DNA of 63,953 nt, the filler included, from Octopus bimaculoides (Eukaryota), in NCBI RefSeq assembly GCF_001194135.2. It is 10 parts of 10 records of this genome, joined end to end, with 100 filler letters (N's around TTAATTAATTAA, not from the genome) between each part and the next. Parts side by side here need not be neighbours in the genome. Positions count along the whole stretch, not along the records: positions 32,631 to 43,527 come from NC_068989.1; positions 43,628 to 49,408 come from NC_069005.1; 8 more parts are not named here. One strand, written 5' to 3'. The position numbers were made by a program, and so were the translations under genes. The stretch's first letter is position 1. Every line of letters starts with the position of its first letter. Under the pieces are notes generated by a model. That model saw nothing but the letters and a program-made list of their open reading frames with translations. It was not told where the DNA came from and made no database searches. This document shows, in pieces, positions 36,082 to 49,302 of the stretch.

Positions 36082-36856
36082 AGCAAGCCGACAGAATTGT
36101 TAGTGTGTCAGACAAAATGCTTAGTGTCATTTCTTCTGATCTTTATGTTCTGGTCAACTTTTATCTCTCATACTTTCATAGCTGATAAAGTAAATACCAG
36201 TTGAGCACTGTGGTTGAAGTAATTGATTAACACCTGCCCACCAAAGTTGCTGGCTTTATGCCAAAATTTGAAACAGTTATTATTATCATTGATAGGGTGA
36301 AAATTCCGCTGGGGGTCAACTTTGCCTTTCACCCTTTCAGGGTGAATTAAATTCCAGTGAAACACTGGGGTCGAAGTAATTGACTAGTCCCCTCCTCTAA
36401 ATTTCAGGCCTTGTGCCTATAGTAGAAAGGATTATTGACAGGGTGAGCTTGCTGAATTGTTGACATGCTGGGCAAAATGCTTAGCAGTATTTTGTTCATC
36501 TTTATGTTCTCATTTCAAGTTCCACCAAAGATTGACTTTGCCTTTCATCCTTCTGAGGTTGATATTATAAGTACCAGTTGAGCACTAGGGTTACTACATC
36601 AAAATTTCAGGCCATGTGCCTATAGTAGAAAGGATTATTATGATTTAGGTGGCAAACTGACAAAATTGTTAGTATGCTAGAAAGAAATGCTTAGTGGCAT
36701 TTCTTCTGGCTCTTTACGTTCTGAGTTCAAATTCCTCTGAGATCAACTATGATTTGCAACAAGCTATGTACAAGTTGAGCACTGTTATCAATATAATAGA
36801 CTAATGCCCACTCACCAAAATTTTTGCTAAAGTTCCAAAATTTGAAACCTTATTAT
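36082..36856 (+). mobile_element. Four head-to-tail SINE family C copies
   Basis: Units at about 36082-36290, 36291-36436, 36437-36646 and 36647-36856, each ending in attatt. Confidence 0.75.
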
Positions 36857-36924
36857 TCATTGTTCCTTATATTCATACGATGGTCCTTTTCTGAAATTCA
36901 TTTATATTTTGTATCTTTCTTTAG

Positions 36925-37223
36925 GAAGACATGAAAATCAGATGGAGAGGAGAAAAGCAAGAATTCTTCCTTTTGTTGCTACCGGGTGAAAGCCTCGTCA
37001 TGATCTTGCCCAACTGGCGATCGGTGGGACTTTCGTTCGTTTGTAACAATTGGGCTCACATCAAAGAGTTCATCACTACCAGTACCACACAAATGGAAGA
37101 AACATATAAAATTTAATATTATTTCATTCATGATAAATATTAGGATAAATTGTAAACATTTATATCCACTGAATATTAATTATCATTTTTGCATATTAGA
37201 TAATTCTGTTGCCTCAAAATAAA
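36925..37223 (+). other. Possible terminal exon of an unidentified plus-strand gene
   Basis: Strong acceptor ttttgtatctttctttag at 36924, GC-richer non-repeat sequence, AATAAA about 290 nt later. Confidence 0.2.
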
Positions 37224-37896
37224 ACTGGAGTTATTATGGCTATGTCTTGTGCATACAAAGAGATGCATGACTGCTACTATTGAGTTTAGTGCTCCACATG
37301 GATTACACTGTGTAACATGATTTTTGTCCTTGGGTAGCAACTGTTGTTTTTAATTTGCTTACCCCTACAAAGTATCAAAAATGGTTATTTCCTTCAAATT
37401 TTGCTTTTGTTACATCTATTCAAACACCAAAGAATCCCTTTCGACATGGCTATGATGTTCCACCATTACTCCTGCTCATGATCAGAGATGCACATAAAGT
37501 CAGCCACTAAGGGACTGGCTCAAGTGGCCAAGGTCAAGCAACTGACAAACAAATATGTGGTATTGAGGAGAATATTTGCTATAACAATATTTCTGCTTCA
37601 GCAACTCAGAACTGAATCTGGCTGAAATATAATGGAAAATAGGTCAGTTACAAAACATTGATGTTGGGGTCACAAAAGCAAAGTTTGAAGGGAATAGTAG
37701 TCATTTCCTTTGATTTCTAGATTGGAGTAAATAGAAAATAACTTTTACAGACCAAAACAAAAAACAAAAAAAAATTATGACACAGATAACATCATCAAGT
37801 CTGCTTCCAGTATATTGGTTTAGCTATTTACTATACTTGCTAGTATTACTAGTTGTGATATTCAGAGAAAATGTTGGAGAAAAGGTGATAAGCACT

Positions 37897-38112
37897 GGTT
37901 TCTATCATTTGTTTCCTATGTATGTTTCCCTATTGTGGTTGTTTGGAACTACAGTCTGCTGTCCAATGTCAGATTTTAGATAATATAATGCAATAAAAAT
38001 GTTCCCTTGATGATGCATTTTGGTTAAGATCCAAGTGCACTTGGAACACCCAATGCAGAGTTCCAAACAGCCACAACGGTGAAACATACATAGGAACAAA
38101 TGATATTAAACT
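37897..38112. mobile_element. Small MITE with about 45-bp TIRs
   Basis: tatcatttgtttcctatgtatgtttc...tgtggttgtttggaact versus agttccaaacagccaca...gaaacatacataggaacaaatgata. Confidence 0.7.
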
Positions 38113-38454
38113 TGTGTTTGTTGTAATTTCTCTTTTATCATAGGTATGGTTTTTGTGACATAATGGTAAATAAAAGGGAAATTAACGATTAACTTAGTGT
38201 ACTACTTTTGGTGTGTTATTTTTATTGTTTTGCCAGTGTACCATTGTTAGTTCATGGTTTTCGTTTGTTGTTTTTAGTGTGTTGTTTTTGATGTCCTCCT
38301 CCTCCTCACCACCACCACCACCATCACCACCACCATCATCATGTCCACTTTTCCATGCTTGCATAGATTGAATGGTATTTGTTAAGGGAAATTTTCTATG
38401 GTTAGATACCCTTCCTGACACCAACCCTTGCCCATGTCAAGATAAGGTAATATT

Positions 38455-38900
38455 GGTTTCAAATTTTGGCACAAGGCCAGCAAAATTCGTGGGAAGGGAT
38501 AAGTCAATTACATTGACACCCCTCACTCCCAATGTTCAACTGGTACTTATTTTATCGGCCTCGCAAGGATGAAAGACAAAGTTGGCCTCAGTGGCATTTG
38601 AACTCAGAATGTAAAAATGGATGAAATACCACTAAATACCACCTGGCATACTAACGATTCTGCCAGCTTGCCACCTTAGTATCAAGGTCAATATTGGTTT
38701 AAAATTTTGGCACAAGGCCAGCAATTTCAGGGGAGGGCGTCAGTTGATTACATTGACCCCAGGGTTCAACTGGTACTTATTTTATTGACCTTGGAAGGAT
38801 GAAAGGAAGAGTCAACTTTGGCAGCATTTGAACTCAAAATGTAAAGATGGACAAAATGCTGCTGAACATTTTGCCCAGTGTACTCGTGATCCTGTCAGCT
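38455..38900 (-). mobile_element. Two tandem SINE family C copies
   Basis: Both begin ttggttt.aaattttggcacaaggccagcaa on the plus strand. Confidence 0.8.
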
Positions 38901-40299
38901 TGCTACCTTCCCAAAAAGGGTAATATTAACCCACGGTGAGAAATATTTTCACAGATGTTTATAAACAAAGAACATTGCTTACATGACTGTGACACTTATT
39001 TTACACTGTCATGAAAAGTCAAAGTGAGGAGACAGTAACACACACGCACATGCATGCATGCACACACATACATACACATGATAGACATCTTTCAATTTCT
39101 GTTTATCAAATCCTGGGGCTATAGTAGAAGACACTTATCCAAGGCACCATGCTGTGGGAACGAACCTGGGACCATGTGGTTGGTAAGCATGTTTCATACC
39201 ATACGGCCATACTTGTTTTTAATGTATTGTTTATAATGTGTTGCATTTGTGTGCTGTTTCTAGGTATCTTTTTTGTTGATTCAAATTTATTTAAACTCTA
39301 TCTTTTCAAGAAATTATTTATTTTAGAAACACCAATTTATATTCCTTTATCTATAACAATAATGACTCATTTAAAATAGCTGTAATTGCATGGTAGATGG
39401 AAAGCTGATGAAATTTTCAAAATATGAATAAAAAAATAAAAAATTGATTGGGTGTTTATCCCCAAATGTCTGAGTTATTTTAAAACATTTTGCGAGAGCT
39501 TTTATGAATTATTATAATTGATAAAGTAATGTGTTTAGCAATACAAAACTTTTGTTGAAATGTGACCTCATTCGATGGTAGTTAACTTCAATTCAGCCTT
39601 CCTGCATAAAATGGTTTCCCCCTCGTCTAATTGGCTAAGTCTAATTGAGGATATAATTCAGCTGTGAAAAGATAAATCACCTTTAGAATGTGTAGGAGCT
39701 ACTATAGGTTTATTTCAACTTTTAGTCATAACAAAAGCAGTTTTCTGGTTTATATTAGACTGTTGTATATCTAAGACGGTCAAGAGTAGTGATAAGAGAC
39801 AACTTTCAGTCCCACTCATTGACATTAATATAGTGTTTGGTTGTCTTAGATATGCTTAATAGAAAATACATGTATTATTAAAACCAATGAAAGAGTTTCT
39901 AAATGGTCTGTCAAGCTGCTAGAAATAACAGACAAATCTCCAACACATCACATGTTACACTTTAAAAATTGAATGATATATTAAGTAATGTAGTCTTAGA
40001 CAGGATCTTTTCTGTTTGGCTACTTTTCAGTTTCTTCAATTTCTGTTCCAATTGATTTCATATTTGGTGTAATGATGTAGTTTTGTATGCTAATCATTGC
40101 TATGAAATTCATTTACACCATAAATCAATAATTAAAGAGTAATTTTAGCCAATTGTAAGTCACAGACTCATTCATGCCTGTTTTCATAGTAACAAGCCAA
40201 ACATGCAAACTCTTTGGTCTGCAAGGAAGCACATATGTTAACAAATATATTCTATGTGAAACCACATATGTTGATACTGTGTTCTACTGCTTGTGCCCA

Positions 40300-40900
40300 T
40301 CTGTTTGGAAATTTTATCTGTCTGTTTGGAGATGCAAAGAGTCTGTGTCTGTGAGGAAAGATATATGGTTTGAAGGTGGCACCTGTTCTCTTGGAACAGT
40401 ACTGCTTTTCCTTTACTCATGGGTCAAGGAATTGACTTCAGTCCACTTTTGTGTAGAAGAATTGCAGATGAGCCATTGCACAGCTGTTGGGAAATATGTG
40501 CGGACCTGCTTGTCATCCATTTAAGATTGGCAGCCCTGGGAAGATTGTTGAGATTGACAAAGCAGTCTTCTCAAGGTGTAAATACAACTGAGGAAGGGTC
40601 CTACCTGAGCAGTGAGTTATCAGAGGAGTGTGTCACAAGACCAGACAGGTTTTTTTTATGAGGTGCCATGTCAGAATTGTGACATACTGGAGAAATGAAC
40701 ATGTCACTTGATTCTTCCAGGAACCACAATTTTCAGTGATTTGTGAAGGGCATGTTCTCACATTCCTAAAATTACTGGTTACAATTTTGAACATAGAATG
40801 GTGAACCACAGAGTTGGGTTCATTAACTGAAACGATGATATCCTCATGCAACAAACAGAGAGTATATGGGCATTTGTGAAGCAAGGTAATAAACAATGCT
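40300..40900 (+). mobile_element. Merlin (ISXO2/IS1595-like DDE) transposase remnant
   Basis: WRC...SVRKDIWFEG...; IGSPGKIVEID; ILPGTTIFSDL*RA; HRMVNH..GF; QQTESIW. Contains stops and frameshifts. Confidence 0.8.
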
Positions 40901-42329
40901 GTGGCACTCACTGGTGTATGGTTGACTTATATCTCTGTATGTTTATGTAGTGCAAGAGATATGAAAATTGTAATTTGTTCAAGAAATTACTTCAATGTAT
41001 TTCAAACTTTCATTTTCAATGAATTGGGCAATAGAGTGTTTGTTTTTTGAAAAATATTTAATTTTTATGTGCTGTTTATCACATTAAATGCATGTTGAAT
41101 GCTTAGAACTACAAAATATGTGTTGTTTACTCGTTTTTATAGTCATTGAGATGGTCGTGAGATGTGCTAAAAATAACAGCTAAATAGGCCTTAAATCACA
41201 CCCCATCCTCATTTTTTGGTGGGTGATTTGCATAATCATATGAATTCCTATGTGTAGAATACAACTTCACAAAAAATTTCTGAAAATTCCAGAAAGTAAA
41301 AAAGTTATAAGTGTGTGTTTGTGTGTGTGTGTGTGTGCATGCGTGTGTGGCATTTGCGGCATTCAAGACACCCACCCCCAATGTGTTTTAATGTCAACCA
41401 GAGAAGTTGAATTGTTGAGACCCTTTTCAACTTGGGTCTTATATGTATTGTTCGAATTTCTTTGAAATAGGAAATATATGTATGTTCACTGGGTTTGTAA
41501 AAGAGAGCAAAGCTACAGGAAACCAAAAGACGAATGATCACAATAAGCAGTCAGCTACCCTAGCCTAGTTGTTACTACTCCCCAATGTAGGATTCCTCAC
41601 CATACAGGTGACAGGCACAGCCATAAGATGCATTACAGATCTATAGCAATTGGAAGGGCATGACCAAACTCAAATAAACATTAACAACTGTGTGACTTGT
41701 GGGCTAAGGGGAAATGAAAGTGTCACCTCTGGAGTTTGCAAATGACCACTATACCAATAGGTAACTGGACAGAATAAATTTACAATCTATAAATGTCTTT
41801 CAATAACCAGTCACTCATCTGGGAAGACCTTGAAATCAATGTTACCATCGGGGGAATATGTGTGACCCAGTGATAATAAAAAGACTCAAAGAAAGTCTGC
41901 AACCAAATAACTTTACTGAACACTTTGCAACTGAATCAGTGGAGGCAAAGATGCCTCTCATTTATTTGACAATTTATGCACCACATTGCAGAAATCACAA
42001 TCTAAGTATATCTCAAAGCAAACTCTTACAATGTTGTACCATTGAATGACAAATAACACTCATCTTTTATGCTCGGGTGACCCTACAGCTTCTAAGAGTA
42101 CAACTGTATTCATCTTTGGTTAGATAAAATGACTAAATTGTGGGTTTTAAGTCACCATGAAGGGATCTTTCTAACTTCTAAGAAGATGAAATTTTAGAAA
42201 TATTACTTTGTTTGTGTCTAATATCTATATTTAAAATTTCATCAACAGCAAAAATATATGAATTTTCATGGGCGTTATATCCCTTATGCATAGAATATAA
42301 TTTCCAAATTTCATAAAGATCCATTCAAT

Positions 42330-42770
42330 ACTTTTGCCCTAGTTTTGGATCATAAAAAATGACTAAAATTTGGGAGTTGAGGCCCCCATTAGGGAGTGTT
42401 AGAATCCCCATGAGAAGTGGAAACTTTGAGAATACTTCTTGATGTGTGTCAATTACCCATGGTTGAAATTTCATCAACATTGAAAATTTATGAATTTTCA
42501 TGGGGGTTCTACCTCCTTTAAGCCATCTCAAATTCAAACCAAACATACTGTATTATACCTGCCTTTATGCATTGAATCTAAGTTCCAACTATCATAAGGA
42601 TCTATTCAGTAATTTTGGTCCATGATATTGTATGAAACACACAGCATTACCCTTCTCCTTAGGCTTGGATTTTGTGTTCCAAATTTCATTAGGATCGGCG
42701 CAGTAGTTTTCAAATGTATAAGTAACACACGAACACACATAAACACATTAACTTTTATATAATAGATATG
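42330..42770 (+). mobile_element. Non-autonomous Helitron/DINE-1-like element 3' part
   Basis: aaatttcattaggatcgg...agtagttttc...aacacac...cttttatataatagat terminus, typical of such elements (by eye). Confidence 0.45.
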
Positions 42771-42816
42771 AATATACACATATACATACATGTATATGTG
42801 TGTGTGTGTGTCTGTG

Positions 42817-42871
<55 letters not shown>

Positions 42872-42924
42872 AAAAGATAGATTGATAGATAGACAAATAA
42901 AAATATGAGACACTGCCTAGTGCT

Positions 42925-43272
42925 TTTTTATTTTGATAAGCCTGGTACTTATTCTATCAGTTACTTCTCGTCAAACCAGTGAGTTATGGGGATGTAAATA
43001 AATGAACAGCATTTGTGAAGCAGTGATGAGGCAGAAACACAGAGACAAAGACACACACATACACTTACATATATACATACACTTACATATATACATACAC
43101 ATATATATACAATTGATTTCTTTCAGTTTCTGTCTACAAAATCCACTCACAAGGTTTTTGTGTTGGTCTGAGGCTATAGCAGAATACACATGCCAAGTCA
43201 CCACAGAGTGGCACTGAATACACGACCATGTGTTTTGGAACAAAGTTTCTTACCACACAGCCACACCTGCAC
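42925..43272 (-). mobile_element. SINE family B copy
   Basis: Same body as 13990-14356. Confidence 0.75.
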
Positions 43273-43486
43273 CTATGTGTGTATGTGTGTGTGTGTGTAT
43301 GTGTGTATGGGTGTATATATGTATGCATGTATATATGTATATATATATCTGTACATATTACATGTACATCTATATATATACATCTACACATATACATGTA
43401 TACATATATATCTATATCTATATATATACATCTATACATGTACATGTATGCATATACATCTATATATATACATGTATATATATACA

Positions 43487-43527
<41 letters not shown>

Positions 43528-43750
43528 NNNNNNNNNNNNNNNNNNNNNNNNNNNNNNNNNNNNNNNNNNNNTTAATTAATTAANNNNNNNNNNNNNNNNN
43601 NNNNNNNNNNNNNNNNNNNNNNNNNNNCATTTGGGTATTTCGACATAGACATAAGTATATGTGAGTGTGTGTATATGTACTTGGGCGTGTATGTGTATAC
43701 ATGTGGCTGTGTCTATGTGTGCGTGCGTAGGTGTGTGCGTACTTGTGTGA

Positions 43751-43783
<33 letters not shown>

Positions 43784-43911
43784 TGTATGCATGTGGGTGT
43801 GTGTGTGTACAAATATAATTTTCGTTAAATAATGATCGCGCCGCCGATACACCCCTTTGTTGTTAATGGCGCCATTACCGTAGAGCAACAGTGACGCAGG
43901 CATGTAAACAC

Positions 43912-43958
<47 letters not shown>

Positions 43959-44147
43959 TACACATACATTCATGCTTACATGTATATTCATGAATACATT
44001 CATAGTATCATACATATATGAGTATACAGATACCTACATACATGCACGTGTACATAACACACACACACACGCATAAACATAACATACACACGAACACACG
44101 TCTTTGTCACACACATACATATATGCAAATAAGCCTGTATGCGCGTG

Positions 44148-44188
<41 letters not shown>

Positions 44189-44680
44189 TCATACATATAT
44201 ACTTATATGCATACGTATTTATACATATTTACATGCAATCCTGCATGCATAAACACATACATATACACATACATGTATACACACACATATGCATACACAT
44301 ACATGCATACACACACATATGCACACATATACACATACCTGTATCGATACCGAATGATACAATGTTATGGCTTGATATTTGCATAATGCTTCGCAGATGC
44401 CAATTGTGGTTTATGCCCCACTGGATACGAAAAGGAGACACGTTTTTACTGGAGGGAAAAACACCAACAAGAACAAGAACATCAATAGTACTGATGATAA
44501 AAATACAACTGTGAATCTCAATAGTATTGCTCTGATTGCGAGGGATGGTCGCGGACGGAACGGCTTTAAACCGTCCGACTTCTCGATCGGAGACGTCTTG
44601 GCGCTGAACAACAATGCGAACTGGAACGACGACAAGAATAAAATAGTTTTTTCCTCCATTAAGTTTATTGCCTTATTTTC

Positions 44681-44715
<35 letters not shown>

Positions 44716-44739
44716 CAGTTATGTTTCAGATCTTTTGGC

Positions 44740-45215
44740 ACAAGGCCAACAATTTCGAGGGGGGGGGGCGTTAAGTCGATTACATCGACCTCAGTATTTC
44801 ACTGGTACTTAATTTAACGATCCCGAAAGAATGAGAAGTAATGTCGACTTTGGCGGAATTTGAACACAGAAGGTAAAGACAGAGGAAACGCCGCCAAACA
44901 TTTCGCCAGGCCTGCCAACTGTTCTGCCAGCTCACAGCCTTAGTATAACAACAACAATAATAATAATAATAATAATAACAATAATAATAATAACAATAAT
45001 TTCTACTCTAGGTACAAGACCTAAAATTTGGGGGTAGGGGGGCAGTCGATTAGATCGACCCTCGTACATAACTGGTACTTTATTTATCGACCCCGAAAGG
45101 ATAAAAGGCAAAGTCGACCTCGGTGGAAATTGAACTCAGAACGTAAAGACAGCCGAAATACCGTTAAGCATTTCGCCCAGAGTGCTAACGATTCTGCCAG
45201 CTCGCCGGCTTAATC
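44740..45215 (-). mobile_element. Two SINE family C copies separated by (AAT)n
   Basis: Both show gtcgac..cgg.ggaa.ttgaac.cagaa.gtaaagac...ctgccagctc. Confidence 0.8.
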
Positions 45216-45251
<36 letters not shown>

Positions 45252-45949
45252 GTAATAATAATAATGATTGCATAAATAAAAATAAATTTGTATGAGAGAT
45301 ATTATTTTGAAAAATCCATCTGTATTGTCCACCATTGTGAAAAACCGGAAGTAATAAACTATTTAATGGTTATTGATGGTTAGTGGTATTGTTTGTTAGT
45401 GGTATTGTTGTTAGTGTTGATGATGCTGTTGTTGATGTTGTTGTCGCTATTGTGTTTGTTGTTGTTGTTGTTAGTAACGCTTCGGTTGTTCTTGCAGTTC
45501 TTATAATTGTTACAGGGGTTCATTTTCACAGCCTCCTCCTTTTCTTCACGCGTCTTCTGCTCCTACTTTTCCTCCCATCCTCCCCACCCCATCCCACCCC
45601 GTTCCTCCCTTCCTCCTCCTTCTCTCACCCACCTCCTCGCCCCCTTTACCCCCTCCTTTCCTCTCTTCCTTCTCCCTCCATNNNNNNNNNNNNNNNNNNN
45701 NNNNNNNNNNNNNNNNNNNNNNNNNNNNNNNNNNNNNNNNNNNNNNNNNNNNNNNNNNNNNNNNNNNNNNNNNNNNNNNNNNNNNNNNNNNNNNNNNNNN
45801 NNNNNNNNNNNNNNNNNNNNNNNNNNNNNNNNNNNNNNNNNNNNNNNNNNNNNNNNNNNNNNTATATATATATATATTTATATAGTGCAAACAGTGCATT
45901 CAGTTTCTCTGTTAGTCAGACAGATGAAATGGCCTGCCTGGGTTTATAT

Positions 45950-46039
45950 TTACAACCCAAAATCTTGGCAAAACAAACGTTATTACTACTTCTCAAACAG
46001 ATTCCAAATGTAAACAATTTACCAAATATAGCAGTGAGG

Positions 46040-46091
<52 letters not shown>

Positions 46092-46224
46092 TGTATATAA
46101 ATATATATATAATGCATATAATATGTGTGTGTGCGTGCGTACCACAAACCCTCTTTGCCATATTTCATATATACTTGACATTTAAAATCTAATTTAGAAG
46201 TTATATAAATATATATACATGCAG

Positions 46225-46261
<37 letters not shown>

Positions 46262-46400
46262 CTTGTATTTATAGATCTACACCATATATGTATGTATGTA
46301 TGTATTGTCAATTACTATATTGGGTAAATTGTTGACATTTGAAATCTGTTTCCGAAATAACTGGTTTGTTTTGGCAACATTTTGGGCTAAAAATGTTGTT
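45950..46400. repeat. Diverged inverted repeat pair around microsatellites
   Basis: cagattccaaatgtaaacaatttaccaaatatag (about 45998-46031) versus ctatattgggtaaattgttgacatttgaaatctg (about 46315-46348). Confidence 0.6.
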
Positions 46401-46464
46401 CCCTTGGACCAGCTCCACTCTAGCCAAAAGACACACAAAAACAGTATTTGCATCGCTCATATGC

Positions 46465-46542
<78 letters not shown>

Positions 46543-46788
46543 GTACTTATGTATGTATGTACTATGTTGTGTGTGTGTGTGTATCTGTGTGTGTATGTCT
46601 GTGTATGCACCTATATATACATACATACACATATATAATTGTGGGTATATATGTATATATGCATATAAGTATGTATATATATGTGTGTGTGTACACACAC
46701 ATATATAAGCCTACATATACATTTATTTATGCATGCATATGTTCTCATCTATCCATATATATGCATATATATGTATACATCTATATAT

Positions 46789-46831
<43 letters not shown>

Positions 46832-46969
46832 TAGATAGATAGATAGATATATGTTTGCATGTATGTGTATATTTGTATATATATATATATTTACACATAT
46901 CAATTCATAAATACATAAGTATAGTGTTTACATATATATGTGCATATATATATACATGTGTGTATAGGT

Positions 46970-47600
46970 GTGTGTATCATCCAAGTCCAGAACTTTAGTG
47001 CTGTACATGATATCTTTGGTATAGCCCCACACGAAAAAAGTCCATGGGTATTATATCTAGGGAACGAGCAGGCCATCTCTTCCTATGGAAATGTCTGGAG
47101 ATCTTTCATTTAATTATCCGTGGACGTTTATTCTCCAATAAGATGACAGTTGGATGGAGCTCTTCTGTGTGGGACAACGTATTCTTTTAGAATATCAAGG
47201 TAGGTATCAGCTGTTTTCCAACGAGAAAGAAGGACCAATAACGTTGTTGCACAAAACCCCACACCGCACATTGCCCTACGAACTGTGATAGCAAATTCAA
47301 AGGAACGATCAATTATCAAAGGCAATAGAAGAATACTTTACAAGAATTCAAAATCCGAAACTAAAGTGGAAATAGTCAACACTGCTACTAAAAAAACAGC
47401 TTCCATTTTACAGAGTATCGCATAACACGTGTGTTCGAAAAGCTGCAAATAGCGAAAGCGCTTACACATTACGAACGCTTTGCCATTTGCCTTAATGGCT
47501 TGCAATAATTGAATCCTATATGCATAAAGGCTCAGATTTTTATGGGGCACTTTATGAATCGTTGACTTCGGTAGTTGCCGTTGAGCAGAAGCCATGCGAA
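46970..47600 (-). mobile_element. Tc1/mariner (IS630-like) transposase remnant
   Basis: STIHKV.HKNLSLYAYRIQLLQ...; YLDILKEYVVP; DFFVWGYTKDIMY. Confidence 0.75.
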
Positions 47601-48142
47601 TGGACTCAGATGAGGAACATTGAAATCATTGACAGATACGTTCAGTATCTTCTTCAGATGTTCAATATCTTCTTCAGAATGTAAAGACAGAAGAAATACC
47701 GCTAAGCATTTCACCCGAGGTGCCAACGTTTCTGCCAGCTCACCGCCTTATAATTTAAACAAAACTGTCCAACGAATGGGAACCTGAAACTCTGAGTAAC
47801 AGTTTTTTGTGATATTTCTGCTGCTTTTTAATAATATATATATGATGGATATATATATATATATACACGCATACAAACTCACACATATATAGCCATATAT
47901 GTATATATACACATATATACATATGTACGTACATATATAAAAATGTGTGTGTATGTATACATGGATAAGCACAGGGGTGTTATTCTTGTATTGTAGGTCC
48001 CCGATCTGGAGACAACATCCTTCGTCGCTTCTTTCCTTACTTCCTTCCACCTGATCCGGAGCTCCTGAAAAAATTCAAGGGCTTCCTTTCATACTCTGAC
48101 TCAAACAACAGCAGCAACAACAACAACAGTTACAACAACAAC

Positions 48143-48198
<56 letters not shown>

Positions 48199-48234
48199 TA
48201 ATAATAATAATAATAATAATAATAATCCTTTCAA

Positions 48235-48425
48235 CTATAGGCACGAGACCTGAAATTTGGGCGAGGGAGACAGTCGATTACATTGACTGAACTGGTATTT
48301 AGTTTATCGATCTCGAAAGGATGAAAGGCAAAGTCGACCTCGGTGAAATTTGAACTCAGGACTTGAAGACGGACGAAACGCCGCTAAGTATTTTACCCGG
48401 CATGCTAACAATTCTGCCAGCTCGT
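48235..48425 (-). mobile_element. SINE family C copy between (AAT)n tracts
   Basis: Family C body flanked by taataa arrays. Confidence 0.8.
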
Positions 48426-48447
48426 TTTATACTACTACTACTACTAC

Positions 48448-48534
<87 letters not shown>

Positions 48535-49249
48535 TGATGCTATGTGGGGATGATGGTTTCTATTATTTGCCAGAGGGCATCAGATGAGAAGAACATTACA
48601 AGGACAACATGTGTGAGCCTTACATAAAAAAGATGAGAGGGAGAAATGGAGGAGAAATACTTCAGCTCTTATCACTGCCATCATCATCATCATCACTACC
48701 ACTACAACCACCACCATCATCATCATCATCATTTACCATCATCACCATCATCATCGTCATCACCATCATCATCGTCATCATCATCATCATCATCATCATC
48801 ACTCCCAACCAGAACAGTCGCAGTAAGCAACGGCATTATCGCCACCCCCACTCCCACCGCTATGCCAAGCACCAACGTTACCATTATCGCCCACACCGCC
48901 ACCACCCTCACCGCCGCCACTGCCACTTCTATTAGCGAGCAGAAAGTGTCATCGAATGGAACGAGGAATACAGAAATAGCAGCCAAATCTCCCTCAAATT
49001 GTATTGTTTTGCAAGAAAATAAAGGTGGGACACATCGGTTAACGTAGTCCGACTGTCGGAAAGAAAAACAAGATGGGCACGGTTGGAGTGCCTTTGATCA
49101 TAGTTCTGTTCAATCGGAGTTGGCCTGGGGCCAAATGACAACATCAGCAGCATCACCATCAGCACGACGAATATTAAGTACCCCCCCTACTAACAACACA
49201 GCGGTTGCTACTACTACTACTACTACTACCACTACTACTACTACTACCA

Positions 49250-49302
<53 letters not shown>

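Noticed and set aside
36082-36856. Idea that SINE C is mobilised by the R4/Dong element
   Set aside because: SINE C sense tails are (ATT)n whereas Dong sense tails are (AAT)n, i.e. opposite strands, and no shared 3' sequence is visible.
40300-40900. Bacterial IS1595 contamination or horizontal transfer
   Set aside because: Heavily decayed and embedded among host SINEs and microsatellites; Merlin is an established animal superfamily.
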